Source: Chloroflexota bacterium | GTDB taxonomy: Bacteria; Chloroflexota; Anaerolineae; DTLA01 | DNA length: 64,000 bases | NCBI GenBank assembly: GCA_014360805.1 | Contig: JACIWU010000003.1 | Span: 5,020-69,019, forward strand | Direction: 5' to 3' | Shown: piece by piece, positions 47,472 to 58,765 of the stretch | How positions within the stretch are numbered: the first letter of the stretch is position 1 | How the letters are laid out: each line of letters starts with the position of its first letter | Made by a program: the position numbers and the translations under genes | The notes under the pieces: model-generated | The model's input: only the letters and a program-made list of their open reading frames with translations | The model's database searches: none | What the model was told of the DNA's origin: nothing

Positions 47472-48722
47472 TCAATCCCTCGTGTACTTCTGAGGGTGCA
47501 GGCGCTCCTCACCCAGCCGCACGTGATCGCTCTCCTCAAACAGCACGTTGTCGGAGATGACGCCGCGGCCCTCGGCGCGGATGAGCACCGTGTCCGACTC
47601 AATGGTGCGTGCGGGGTAGATGACCATGCCCGCGCCGATTCGGCAGTTGTGCCCGACGCACCCGCCCAGAACGGGCAAGCCCACGGGTTGCGGCTGGCCT
47701 TTGTGCATGGTGCGCAGCGGCTTGCCCAGCAGGTTGAAATCCGTGAAGACCGTATTCGCCCCCACAAACGAGTGCCGCCCGACGACGCACAATTGCAGCG
47801 TGGCGTTCTGGGCCACCATGGAGTTCTCCATGAGTGTGGTCATGAACAGGGCGGCGCGGAACGGCAGGTAGCACCCATCGCTGACAACGCTGAGCATCAC
47901 CTGGCAGCCCTGCATCACGTTGACGTTGCTGCCGATGATGGAGTTGGTTACCACAGCCCCCGGGCCGATGGTGGTGTTGTCGCCGATGATGGCCGGCCCC
48001 TGGATGATGGCCGTCGGGTCAATCTGCACATTGCGCCCCACGCGGATCATCCGGGACGACGACAGGAACTGCCGCCGCTCCAGCAGCGAGCGCATCAGCA
48101 CCCGCGCCGCCTTGGAGAACCGCGTAACCTCGTGTTCCATCTTCGCCCCCATGCTGAAGATTCCGAAGGGCGAATTGGCCATGAACACGTGTACCCAATT
48201 CTCTATCGCCAGGAACGGTCGCAGGGGGACCCAGAAGACCAGTTCCCCCTTCTCCGAGGCCATGTACGTCGGGATGTGGTAATAGCCGATTTCTCGCGCC
48301 ATGGTGTCCACGACCACGGGCTCCGCCGGCTCGTCGGTAGGGCCGTTGGGGTAGTACCACAGGTCCGCCACGTACACGTCGCCCTGGCGGCGGATGTTGT
48401 CCTGCAGGGGCAGGGCGTGGACGACGATGGCCTTGTCGTCGGGGGAGAAGGCCACCTGGCAGGGCTTGCGGCGCGCCTTGGCCAGGCGCAGGAACTCCTG
48501 GATGAAGTCCTCGTCAAAGAAGAGGTTGTCGCGGTACACGATGCATTCTTCGCGGATGGGCGGCAGCGGGTCTCCGCTTTCCACCTCCACCTCCGTGAGG
48601 CAATGCCGGGCCAGAACGTCGCGCTGGTGCAACCACAGGGGTTTATTGAGCACGCGCAGGTCTCGCGCAGGCTCGTTGAAGGGGGGTATCTTGGTGCGAT
48701 CGCGGATGACGATTCGTATCAT
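47472..48722 (-). CDS. GlmU-like protein: degenerate nucleotidyltransferase-like N-domain plus left-handed beta-helix acyltransferase domain
   Basis: LRVLNKPL in the N-domain; hexapeptide repeats VGRNVQIDPTAIIQGPAIIGDNTTIGPGAVV; GHNCRIGAG. Confidence 0.72.
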   Translation of the reverse strand: MIRIVIRDRTKIPPFNEPARDLRVLNKPLWLHQRDVLARHCLTEVEVESGDPLPPIREECIVYRDNLFFDEDFIQEFLRLAKARRKPCQVAFSPDDKAIVVHALPLQDNIRRQGDVYVADLWYYPNGPTDEPAEPVVVDTMAREIGYYHIPTYMASEKGELVFWVPLRPFLAIENWVHVFMANSPFGIFSMGAKMEHEVTRFSKAARVLMRSLLERRQFLSSSRMIRVGRNVQIDPTAIIQGPAIIGDNTTIGPGAVVTNSIIGSNVNVMQGCQVMLSVVSDGCYLPFRAALFMTTLMENSMVAQNATLQLCVVGRHSFVGANTVFTDFNLLGKPLRTMHKGQPQPVGLPVLGGCVGHNCRIGAGMVIYPARTIESDTVLIRAEGRGVISDNVLFEESDHVRLGEERLHPQKYTRD

Positions 48723-48928
48723 GGCCCTCTGGCACCCTCCAGATCGCCCACCGTCTTGCGCGCTCCTCCCCGCGCTTTCGGGCGAGGCGCGGACAACCCT
48801 TGGCCGACCGGCGGGCTGGGGGGTACCGCGCCCGGCCTGGGACTCGTTTTGCCGAGAACCGTCCGGAACCGCCGCATCAGCGTCCGACTCCGGCGCGTGC
48901 GTCTGGGTCTATCCGTGTCCTCCCCCGT

Positions 48929-49651
48929 CTAGTCCAACGGCTTCTTGTCAATCACGAAACAGCACGTGGGGTCGCCCTTGGCAATGCAGGTTGTCTCCAC
49001 AACCGACATGTTCTTGCCGCCGGTTACCCACGCCAGGCTCTCTTGCAACAGGCCGAGGGCGACGTAGCAGATGGGCGTCTGCGACTTCCGGCCCCAGCAC
49101 ACCGGACAGCGAACGATGTGATAGTAGAAGTGCTCGTTGTCCTCTTCCAGGCGCACAACCTGGTCGCTGGAGCGGTTGAAGGTCTCGGCCATAACGCCCA
49201 GGCCCAGCCGCAGTTTCATGCCCAGCGGCATCAGGCGCATGGCCAGGTCGCTGATGCCCAGCATCGCGCCGTACTCCTTGAGCACATACTTGAACGTGGC
49301 GCGGCCGCCGCGCGTGCCCAGCCCTCGCCCGCCGCGCGGCCCGTACACGTCATCCAGCGCCTGATTCAGCGCCGCAAAGTCCTCAAACGGGAACTCGCGC
49401 TCAAAGTTGTTGGGCGGGTAGTTGTTGATGAGGTGCTTCAGTTTCGCCAGGTTGAGCAGCGCGTTCACGCCATTCTTGCCCAGCACGTCCTCAAGCGCCA
49501 GCAAGTAGATGCGCGCCATCTTGTTGCCGTAGTAGTACCGAGGCACGCCCTCCTCGCCGTGCGCGTGTTCATGCTCCTCGTGCTGTTCCTCTTGAGCGGG
49601 CTGCTCTACCACATTGTGCTGCTCTTCGTGGGTGTCTTTCTGCTCGTCCAT
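48929..49651 (-). CDS. V4R (4-vinyl reductase) domain protein with His/Glu-rich N-terminus
   Basis: GKNGVNALL, CPVCW, ICY, TCIAKGDPTCCF. Confidence 0.85.
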   Translation of the reverse strand: MDEQKDTHEEQHNVVEQPAQEEQHEEHEHAHGEEGVPRYYYGNKMARIYLLALEDVLGKNGVNALLNLAKLKHLINNYPPNNFEREFPFEDFAALNQALDDVYGPRGGRGLGTRGGRATFKYVLKEYGAMLGISDLAMRLMPLGMKLRLGLGVMAETFNRSSDQVVRLEEDNEHFYYHIVRCPVCWGRKSQTPICYVALGLLQESLAWVTGGKNMSVVETTCIAKGDPTCCFVIDKKPLD

Positions 49652-49701
49652 GAGTCCTCCAAGAGAATTCATAAAACCTCGGATGGAGCCGTATGCGCCC
49701 G

Positions 49702-50490
49702 TCAATGCGACGCCAGAAACTGCCTTAACCGGCCGTTGAACTGGTCCGGATCGTCCAGCATCGGAAAGTGCCCGCAGTGCTCCAGCACCGCCAGGTCGGC
49801 CCTCGGAGCGCCGCGAAGCAGCACGCCCCCCTGCCGCGGATCCACGATGAGGTCGCGCTGCCCGTAGAACCCCAGCACGGGCACCTGAACCTCGCCGAGG
49901 CGGGGCGTCAAGTCCGTTCGGCGCAACGAGCGGATGCTCGTCAGGAACGCCTCCAACGTGGTGCGCGACAGGTCGTTCATGATCATGTCGTACCACTTGC
50001 GCCAGTCGTGCGCCAGCCGCGGCGAGAACGTGCGAAGCCCCCACCGCAACAACGCCGGCACGTGCCACACCAGGTACGCCACCGGCTTGCGCCCCGCCAG
50101 CCGCAGTGGCAGACTCAACGAGCGGCCGTTGACGGGCGACCCGACCACGGCCACCTTCGTAACCCGTTCGGGGCGCTCCATGGCCAACTTCAGCGCCACG
50201 GTCCCGCCCATAGAATGTCCCACCACGGGAGCCGCCGGAATCCCCAGCCGATCCATGAACTGGTCCACCAGGCTCACGAAGTCGTCCACTTCGTAGCCGC
50301 TGCGCGGCTTCCCCGACTCGCCAAAACCCCAAAAGTCTAGCGCGTAGGTACGGAAGGCGTCGGACAGGGCCTCCATCGTGTTCAGCCAATACCCCCAGGA
50401 GCCGAGCCACCCATGCAGCAAGACGACCGGCGGGCCGCTGCCCTGGGTCTCATAATGCACGATGCCTTGACGTGTTACGATGGAACCCAA
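49702..50490 (-). CDS. Alpha/beta hydrolase (paralog of 35444-36223)
   Basis: HGWLGSW, GHSMGG, GQRD, GHFPM. Confidence 0.9.
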   Translation of the reverse strand: MGSIVTRQGIVHYETQGSGPPVVLLHGWLGSWGYWLNTMEALSDAFRTYALDFWGFGESGKPRSGYEVDDFVSLVDQFMDRLGIPAAPVVGHSMGGTVALKLAMERPERVTKVAVVGSPVNGRSLSLPLRLAGRKPVAYLVWHVPALLRWGLRTFSPRLAHDWRKWYDMIMNDLSRTTLEAFLTSIRSLRRTDLTPRLGEVQVPVLGFYGQRDLIVDPRQGGVLLRGAPRADLAVLEHCGHFPMLDDPDQFNGRLRQFLASH

Positions 50491-50505
50491 CCCGTTGGCC
50501 CCTCG

Positions 50506-51042
50506 CTATTCCTCGTCCTTGGAATTCTCCAGAATGGTGTACAGGAGTTCCAGCAGGACGCTCTTGACGCTTTCCTTGTCGGTAGAAACGCACGGCACGA
50601 CCTTGACGCTGGGGTCTACCCGCAGCGCGATGCGCAAATCCTGCGGGCTCCAGGCATCGGGCAGGTCCTGTTTGTTCGCCGCCACCACATAGGGCGCGGG
50701 CGCGTAGGCTCGGAACACGTCCAGGATTCGGCGCGCCTCGCGGAACGTCTCGGGCCGCACCGAATCCACCAGCACGATGAACCCCAGCATCCCCTCGGAC
50801 AGAATCTCCCACATGAAGTCAAACCGCTTCTGCCCCGGCGTGCCAAAAAGGAAGAGCACCAAATCCTCGTCAATGGTGATGCGCCCGAAATCCATGGCGA
50901 CGGTGGTCTCTTCCTTCGTGGCGCGTGTCTCGTCGGAAATTCGCCGCTCGGTGGAGACGACGTCAATCTCGCTGATCGTCTTGATGAACTCCGTCTTGCC
51001 CGCGTTGAATGGGCCTGTGATAACCATCTTGACCGCTTGCAT
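50506..51042 (-). CDS. Small Ras-like GTPase, MglA/CvnD family
   Basis: GPFNAGKT, TTVAMDFGR, GTPGQKRF, NKQD. Confidence 0.9.
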   Translation of the reverse strand: MQAVKMVITGPFNAGKTEFIKTISEIDVVSTERRISDETRATKEETTVAMDFGRITIDEDLVLFLFGTPGQKRFDFMWEILSEGMLGFIVLVDSVRPETFREARRILDVFRAYAPAPYVVAANKQDLPDAWSPQDLRIALRVDPSVKVVPCVSTDKESVKSVLLELLYTILENSKDEE

Positions 51043-51059
51043 TCCGCAGTTCCTCCGAG

Positions 51060-51869
51060 TCAGCTGATGCGGCGAATTTTGTCAATCAAGCGCAAGATCA
51101 CCCCCCGCTTGACCGCGGGCGACGGTGGGATGCCCGGTAGGCCCGGCGCGACTCCCTCGGGCCGCACCAGTTCCACCAGCCCCGCCGTCAGCAGACCATA
51201 CACGATCTTCCGAATCTGAAACTCGCTCAGCCCGATGTACTGCGCGATCTGGCGGATGGTGTTGCGGGGGCTGATGAAGGAGATGACCCGCCACTCTTCC
51301 ACGCTCAGGCTGATGTTCTTGAGGGAAGTCCCCGGCCGGTCCGTGAACTTCAGGGCCACGTCCAGGTCCGGCAACTCGGCCTGCAACTGCTCCCACTCCT
51401 TCATCCGCCGCGTCCCTTCCATGATGACGTTGTCCAGGTCAATGGGAACACCGATCTTTTCCTGAGGGAGCATGCGGTTGGGGTCAAACTGGAATGTCCC
51501 GTCGGTGAGCGCGAAGATGGCATAGACGGTTTCCAGGGACGCCGCCCGAACCACCTGGAGGATGTCCTTCTGGGTTACGTAGTTGTTGTGGAGTAGGAGG
51601 AGCCCGATCTCCTTATCGGTGCGCGTCTCGGCGCGGGAGAGGATGCTTTCCGCCTGCTGGGCGCTCACCTTGCCTGCGCGCTGCAGCAGGGCCAGTAGGC
51701 TTTCATCCTTGCTGTCCTGGTACGCGCCGAGCAACTTACCCTCGCGGAAATACAGCGTGGCCGAAAGGCCATCGCTGCGGACGGAGAGGGCGCCTGTCTT
51801 GCGGGCGATGTGAATCAGGTTCAGCAGTTGGGCGACGCCAAAGTCCTTCAGATTCCCCTTGAGGGCCAT
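51060..51869 (-). CDS. DUF4388 (PATAN-like) domain protein with C-terminal wHTH-like region
   Basis: MALKGNLKDF..QLL...RKTGAL...YFREG, GTFQF, EWRV...IAQ..GLSEF...LLTAGLVE. Confidence 0.85.
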   Translation of the reverse strand: MALKGNLKDFGVAQLLNLIHIARKTGALSVRSDGLSATLYFREGKLLGAYQDSKDESLLALLQRAGKVSAQQAESILSRAETRTDKEIGLLLLHNNYVTQKDILQVVRAASLETVYAIFALTDGTFQFDPNRMLPQEKIGVPIDLDNVIMEGTRRMKEWEQLQAELPDLDVALKFTDRPGTSLKNISLSVEEWRVISFISPRNTIRQIAQYIGLSEFQIRKIVYGLLTAGLVELVRPEGVAPGLPGIPPSPAVKRGVILRLIDKIRRIS

Positions 51870-51933
51870 CTTCTCTCACCTTGTCTGCTTTTGCAAATGG
51901 ACGAAATGCAAAGATGACTCCAATTGTATGTTG

Positions 51934-51962
51934 ATTATAACCCTAGTCTCATTTTCCGTCAA
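51934..51962 (-). promoter_or_regulatory. Sigma70 promoter for the DUF4388-GTPase operon
   Basis: Minus strand TTGACG-17-TATAAT. Confidence 0.72.
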
Positions 51963-52001
51963 CCCCTTTGGCATACGAATGTGTTCTCCACGGAGTGGTA
52001 A

Positions 52002-52235
52002 CCGCGAATCACGCGAACCCACACGAATGGAGAGTGCGGACACGTAGGGCGGCTTTCCATAGCCGCCGCAAACAGGGGCAGGTATGGAAACCTGCCCTAC
52101 TAACCGCTATCCACGAATCACACGAACCCACACGAATGGAGAGTGTGGACACGTAGGGCGGCTTTCCATAGCCGCCGCAAACAGAGGGCAGGTATCCAAT
52201 GTGCGACGCACTTCCGGAAGTGCGTCGCACATTGG
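52002..52235. repeat. Composite repeat: ~85-bp direct duplication containing CACGAAT units and GTAG-type REPs, plus a palindrome
   Basis: Copies at 52002-52085 and 52111-52195. Inverted REP pair GTAGGGCGGCTTTCCATAGCCGCC...GGCAGGTATGGAAACCTGCCCTAC (52044-52100). Perfect palindrome 52196-52235. Confidence 0.85.
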
Positions 52236-52274
52236 CCGCCGACAGAATGCGAGACGCGGCAACCCCGTCCGCTT

Positions 52275-52303
52275 TTGACATGCGCCGCGTTCTATGCTAT
52301 GCT
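52275..52303 (+). promoter_or_regulatory. Sigma70 promoter for T-box-proS
   Basis: TTGACA-17-TATGCT. Confidence 0.75.
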
Positions 52304-52324
52304 TTGCGTAGCAGCGCAATACGC

Positions 52325-54184
<1,860 letters not shown>

Positions 54185-54424
54185 CGGGCGGTTGACCCCT
54201 CTCATCCCCCATCCCCTTCTCTCCCCGCACGCGGGGTGAGAAGGGGAGTCGGGCGGGGCGACAAGCCCAACGACGCCACGCGCCCACCCCACCCTTGCTC
54301 CCCGCACACGGCGCGAGAAGGGGAAGCGCACGGCCAGGGGATGGGGCCAGCGTTCCTTGGCCCATGCACCGTGCGAGGAGCAGACTTTTTTCCCAGAATG
54401 GCAAGTTTAAAGTTCAAAAACCCC

Positions 54425-54453
54425 TTGCGACTTTACAGAATATCGTGTATAAT
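54425..54453 (+). promoter_or_regulatory. Sigma70 promoter
   Basis: TTGCGA-17-TATAAT. Confidence 0.65.
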
Positions 54454-54509
54454 AGTATCGTCTGATAGGCCAATCTACCCGACAACCAGGGAAGGGTGGT
54501 GCACACGTT

Positions 54510-55523
54510 GTGAGGATAGCGCGAATCCTCATCAGCAGTGTGGTGCTGGCATGTTTGTGCTTCGTTGCACCCGCGCCGGCCCAAACTCAATATCCGCCGC
54601 CCCAGTACTTCCCGCAGACGGGCCATTTCGTGCGGGATGAGTTTCTGGCCTATTTCCGCGCCTATGGCGGCGAGCGTATCTTCGGCTATCCGATCACCGA
54701 GGACTTCTACGACCGATACGACGCGGGCTGCCGCACCCAGTATTTCCAGAAAGCGCGCATGGACTTGGTGCCTGGCGTCTTCGGGTCGGCGCGCATCCGC
54801 CTGGCGCCCCTGGGCGAGTACCTGGGCAAGCGGGACCCTCCCATCCCCGTCGGCGACATCCCGCTGTCAAGCGACCCGAATCGCCGATACTACCCACAGA
54901 CGGGCCACACGCTGGGCTACGCTTTCAAGACGTTCTTTGACTTTAACGGCGGCCTGGAGGTATTCGGCTACCCCATCACCGAACTCATGGTGGAAAACGG
55001 CATCATCGTGCAATACTTCCAGAAGGCCAAAATGGAGTGGCACCCTGAAAAGCCGAACGACGAACGGGTGCAATTGGCCAACCTGGGAGAGATGTACTTC
55101 CACCATGCGCGGCTGAACCCCGCCCTGCTCAGCCGCGTGCCGCCCGCGACGGTGTCTAGCCAGGGGCCGACGCCGCAACCGACGGCCGCCACGTGGCCCC
55201 CCTTCCGCCGCCCCGTTACCCAGATGACGGTGTATGTCTCGCTGCGCAGCGCCATCGTCGGCACCAAAGGCAGCCAGACGGTTTCGGTCTATGTGGCCGA
55301 CCAAGACGGAGAACCCATCGCCGGCGCGACGGTGCTCTGCACTGTTCGCTATCCGCGTGAGGATCGCGTACTCGCAATGCCGGTTACCGATACGGACGGA
55401 CGCTCCTACCTTACCTTCCAACTGGCCAATCCCCCACCTGGCTACATCGTGTTCGTTGAGGTAACCGCGACCTACGGGCAAGCGAAGGCAGGAGGACGCG
55501 CTGCTTTCCTTACCTGGTGGTAG
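54510..55523 (+). CDS. Secreted protein with two YFPxTGH/FGYPITE repeats and a C-terminal Ig-like domain
   Basis: Signal peptide; YFPQTGH...FGYPITE...QYFQKARM twice; Pro/Thr linker; TDTDG motif. Confidence 0.78.
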   Translation: MRIARILISSVVLACLCFVAPAPAQTQYPPPQYFPQTGHFVRDEFLAYFRAYGGERIFGYPITEDFYDRYDAGCRTQYFQKARMDLVPGVFGSARIRLAPLGEYLGKRDPPIPVGDIPLSSDPNRRYYPQTGHTLGYAFKTFFDFNGGLEVFGYPITELMVENGIIVQYFQKAKMEWHPEKPNDERVQLANLGEMYFHHARLNPALLSRVPPATVSSQGPTPQPTAATWPPFRRPVTQMTVYVSLRSAIVGTKGSQTVSVYVADQDGEPIAGATVLCTVRYPREDRVLAMPVTDTDGRSYLTFQLANPPPGYIVFVEVTATYGQAKAGGRAAFLTWW

Positions 55524-55629
55524 GTTGCGAGTACCATCCTAGAGGGGGGCTACCTCTCCTGCCCGCGAGGAGCCCCCCTCGCTCTTTTCAGGGGAACCGT
55601 CGCTGTTCGCGGGGCCAAATGCCCGCAAA

Positions 55630-56763
55630 TCAGCGGAGGGGCTTCACGAAGACCTGTTCGGCTTTGGGGGCGATCTCCTCGGCGACCTCGCGCCAGGGCT
55701 TGGACAATTGGGCCCGCGCCATCACCTTGTAGCCGCATCGCGCATGGACTTCGTCCCACAGCGCATTGGCTTTCGGAGGGAACCCGACGATGACCGCCTC
55801 GCACTGGAGGATTTTCGCCTCGCCCTCCACGGCTGCGGCCAGGCGGCACATCAACTCATCGGCATCGGGTTCGGGCCCGACGGCCATCTCCTCTATGCAG
55901 GCCACCAGGTTGATGGCCTCCCAACTGGCCATGCCCACCACGTGCTCATCGCGGAGCACAAGCCAGTGCGCGCGCTCCATGATGCGGGCGAAGGCGGCTT
56001 GCTCGTTCGGCGGCTTGCCGCGCCAGTCCATGCTGGCGAGAAAGCGCGCCAGCGCGGGGACATCATCGCGGGTGGCTCGTCGCAGCACCAGCGGCGGCGC
56101 CGCGCCGCCCACCAGCGCCGAAACCTTCTGCCACTGCTGGCGAACCTGCTCCCAGGTTTGCTCCAGCGTGCCACTGTTGTCAATCACCACATCGGCTCGG
56201 AATATTTTCTCGGCCTGCGGCGGCTGGGCCATGATTCGCGCGCGCGCCTGGTCCTCGCGCAGAAAGCGCTGCTCCATGAGCCGCTGCATCTGCTGCTGGC
56301 GGCGGCACGTTACCACCCACAGCGTGTCGCACTGATCCACCAGCCCCGACTCAATCAGTTTGATCGCCTCCACGACGACGACCGGCTCTTCCGCTTCGGC
56401 AATGAGGCGCTGCACCCTCTCCACCACGCCCGGGTGGACGATCTCCTCCAGCGCCTGGAGGGCCTTGGGGTCGTTGAACACGATCTCGGCCAATTTGGCG
56501 CGCACGATCTCGCCCTTCTCGTCCAGGATGCCGCGCCCGAACACGTTGACGATGCGCTGCCAAATCGGCGTGCCGGGGATCATCAACTCGTGGGCCAACT
56601 GGTCGGCGTCTATGACCCGCGCGCCCAGGTGTCGCAACATGGACATGACCGTGGTCTTGCCGGTGGCGATGTTGCCCGTGAGGCCGATGACATAGGGCTT
56701 GCGCCGGCCACGGGCCGATGCTGCCTTGCGCGATGCTACGGTTGTGCGGCGGTCGTCATCCAT
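55630..56763 (-). CDS. coaE: Dephospho-CoA kinase fused to a C-terminal GNAT-like domain
   Basis: IGLTGNIATGKTT, IDADQLAH, LEEIVHP, VIDNSG, then LRRATRDD... ~140-aa extension. Confidence 0.88.
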   Translation of the reverse strand: MDDDRRTTVASRKAASARGRRKPYVIGLTGNIATGKTTVMSMLRHLGARVIDADQLAHELMIPGTPIWQRIVNVFGRGILDEKGEIVRAKLAEIVFNDPKALQALEEIVHPGVVERVQRLIAEAEEPVVVVEAIKLIESGLVDQCDTLWVVTCRRQQQMQRLMEQRFLREDQARARIMAQPPQAEKIFRADVVIDNSGTLEQTWEQVRQQWQKVSALVGGAAPPLVLRRATRDDVPALARFLASMDWRGKPPNEQAAFARIMERAHWLVLRDEHVVGMASWEAINLVACIEEMAVGPEPDADELMCRLAAAVEGEAKILQCEAVIVGFPPKANALWDEVHARCGYKVMARAQLSKPWREVAEEIAPKAEQVFVKPLR

Positions 56764-58628
56764 TCTTCCAGCCTCCGTCGCAGCGTGTCTTCAACTTGCC
56801 GATACTCTTCGCCCAACGCGCTAACGGCCTGGACATCCTGGGCCTGGCTGGCGCGGACGATCTCATCCTCCAGGGCTTTCAGCCTGGCCTCAAGGGCCTG
56901 AATCTCCTGCTCCACCTGTTGCGCCCGCTGGGCCTGCTTGCGGGCCTGCGTCGCCGAATCGGGGCGACTGGCGCGGCGAGGGGGCGGGGGCGCGGCGGCG
57001 CGCTCTTTCGCCCGCCTGCGCTCGCGCTCCCTGGCCTCCAGGTACTCGCTGTAGCCAAAAGGATACACGCGCATCGCGTCGCCGTCAATCACCCATATCT
57101 GCGTCGCCAGGGAGTTGATGAAGTAACGGTCGTGGGTTACCACGATCACCGTGCCCGCAAAGTCCAGCAGGACATCCTCCAACACCTCGCGCGACAGCGT
57201 GTCCAGGTGGCTGGTCGGCTCGTCCAGCAGCAGGAAGTTCGCCCCGATCAGCGTGAGTTTGGCCAGTTTCAGGCGGGCGCGCTCGCCGCCGCTGAGGTCG
57301 CTGACGCGCTTGTACACATCGTCGCCCGAGAACAGGAATCGGCCCAGCAGGTTGCGCGCCTCTTGCAGGGGCACGTTCCGCACATCCAACAACTCGTCCA
57401 TAACCGTCTTGGCGTCGTCCAGGTCGGCGTGTCCCTGGACGAAATACCCCATTCGCACGTTCGCGCCCACCTGGAAGGCCCCCGCCAGCGGCGGGATCTC
57501 GCCCAGGATCGTGCGGAGCAGGGTTGTCTTCCCGCTGCCGTTGGGGCCCAGGACGGCCACCTTCTTGCCGCGCCGCAACACGAAGGCGGGGCAGGAGAAC
57601 AACCGCTTGCCGTCCCCAGGCCCTTCGCCCCGAAACCCGACGGTCAGGCCGCCGGAAACCAGGACTAGGTCGCCGCTGCGCAGGTCGGTCTGCAGGCGGA
57701 GGCTCATGGCGCGCAGGCGTTCGGGCCGCTCCAGCCGCTCCATGTGCGCCAGACGGTGCTCGCGCGACCGCGCCTGTCGGGTGCGCTCGCCCGCCTTGTA
57801 GCGCCGAATGTAGTCCTCCAGGCGGGCGATCTCCTCCTGTTGCGCCTGGTATTCGGCCATGCGCTGCTCGTACCGCTGCGCCCGCTGCTCCAGGTACTGC
57901 GAGTAGTTGCCCCGATACGCCTCCACCCGCCCAAACGACAGTTCCCAGACGCGGGTCGCCACCTTGTCCAGGAAGAAGCGATCGTGGGCCACGACGATGA
58001 ACGTCCCCGGCCACTGGGCCAGGTGCTCCTCCAACCACTCTATGGACGCCAAGTCCAGGTGGTTGGTCGGCTCATCCAGCAGCAGGACATCGGGCTGTTG
58101 CAGGAGGAGTCGCGCCAGGAGCGCCCGCGTCTTCTGCCCGCCGCTCAGTAGGTTCAGCGGCTTGGCGAATTCCTCGGCAGAAAAGCCGACGCCCAGGAGC
58201 ACCTGCTCTATCTTGTGGGGATACTCATACCCGCCGAGCAACTCAAACCGCGCCTGCAGTTCGCCGTACTCTTCCATGGCCTCGGCGCGCTCGCGCGGGT
58301 CGGCCATCCGCGCCTCCAGCGCGCGGAGTTGCGCCTGCATCTCCAGAAGCGGCTGGAAGGCAGACAGGGCTTCCTCGTACACCGTCCTGGTGGTATCCAA
58401 TTCGGCGATTTGCGGCAGGTAGCCGATGGTGAGCCCCCTGGCGCGGCTCACCGTGCCCGACGAGGGCGGCTCCAGGCCCGCCAGGATGCGCAGGAGCGTC
58501 GTCTTGCCGTGGCCGTTGGGGCCGACCAGCGCGATGCGGTCGCCCCGCGCCACCTGGAGCGAGACATCCAGGAACACGTCCTGCGCGCCGAACGATTTGG
58601 AGATACGGTCTGCAATCAGGATGGACAT
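56736..58628 (-). CDS. ABC-F family ATPase
   Basis: Two NBDs (GPNGHGKT, LSGGQ, DEPTNHLD; GPNGSGKT, LSGGE, DEPTSHLD), linker and C-terminal coiled coil. Confidence 0.95.
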   Translation of the reverse strand: MSILIADRISKSFGAQDVFLDVSLQVARGDRIALVGPNGHGKTTLLRILAGLEPPSSGTVSRARGLTIGYLPQIAELDTTRTVYEEALSAFQPLLEMQAQLRALEARMADPRERAEAMEEYGELQARFELLGGYEYPHKIEQVLLGVGFSAEEFAKPLNLLSGGQKTRALLARLLLQQPDVLLLDEPTNHLDLASIEWLEEHLAQWPGTFIVVAHDRFFLDKVATRVWELSFGRVEAYRGNYSQYLEQRAQRYEQRMAEYQAQQEEIARLEDYIRRYKAGERTRQARSREHRLAHMERLERPERLRAMSLRLQTDLRSGDLVLVSGGLTVGFRGEGPGDGKRLFSCPAFVLRRGKKVAVLGPNGSGKTTLLRTILGEIPPLAGAFQVGANVRMGYFVQGHADLDDAKTVMDELLDVRNVPLQEARNLLGRFLFSGDDVYKRVSDLSGGERARLKLAKLTLIGANFLLLDEPTSHLDTLSREVLEDVLLDFAGTVIVVTHDRYFINSLATQIWVIDGDAMRVYPFGYSEYLEARERERRRAKERAAAPPPPRRASRPDSATQARKQAQRAQQVEQEIQALEARLKALEDEIVRASQAQDVQAVSALGEEYRQVEDTLRRRLEEWMTTAAQP

Positions 58629-58659
58629 GTAGACTCACGCCTATGTGGAATCGCGGCCT

Positions 58660-58765
58660 ATTATAGCACAGACGGCGCGTGCGCAGGAATGCGGGCACTC
58701 GGCGCAAAAATCGCGGAAATGTGCGCGAAAACGGGCTTGACATGCCGCATATGTTGTGCTAGGAT
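58660..58765. promoter_or_regulatory. Divergent promoters for ABC-F and FHA genes
   Basis: Minus strand tgcTATAAT at 58660-58668; plus strand TTGACA-17-TAGGAT at 58737-58765. Confidence 0.62.

Noticed and set aside
48723..48928. Hidden small gene or ncRNA in the 200-nt gap
   Set aside because: No ORF with a convincing RBS and start, and no structure beyond GC-rich chance pairing.
48929..50410. 493-aa extended V4R ORF
   Set aside because: The extension overlaps the hydrolase gene in another frame; an RBS (GGAGG) supports the start at 49651.
51990..52235. Possible CRISPR array
   Set aside because: Only two long copies, no unique equal-length spacers and no cas genes; better explained as REP-type repeats.
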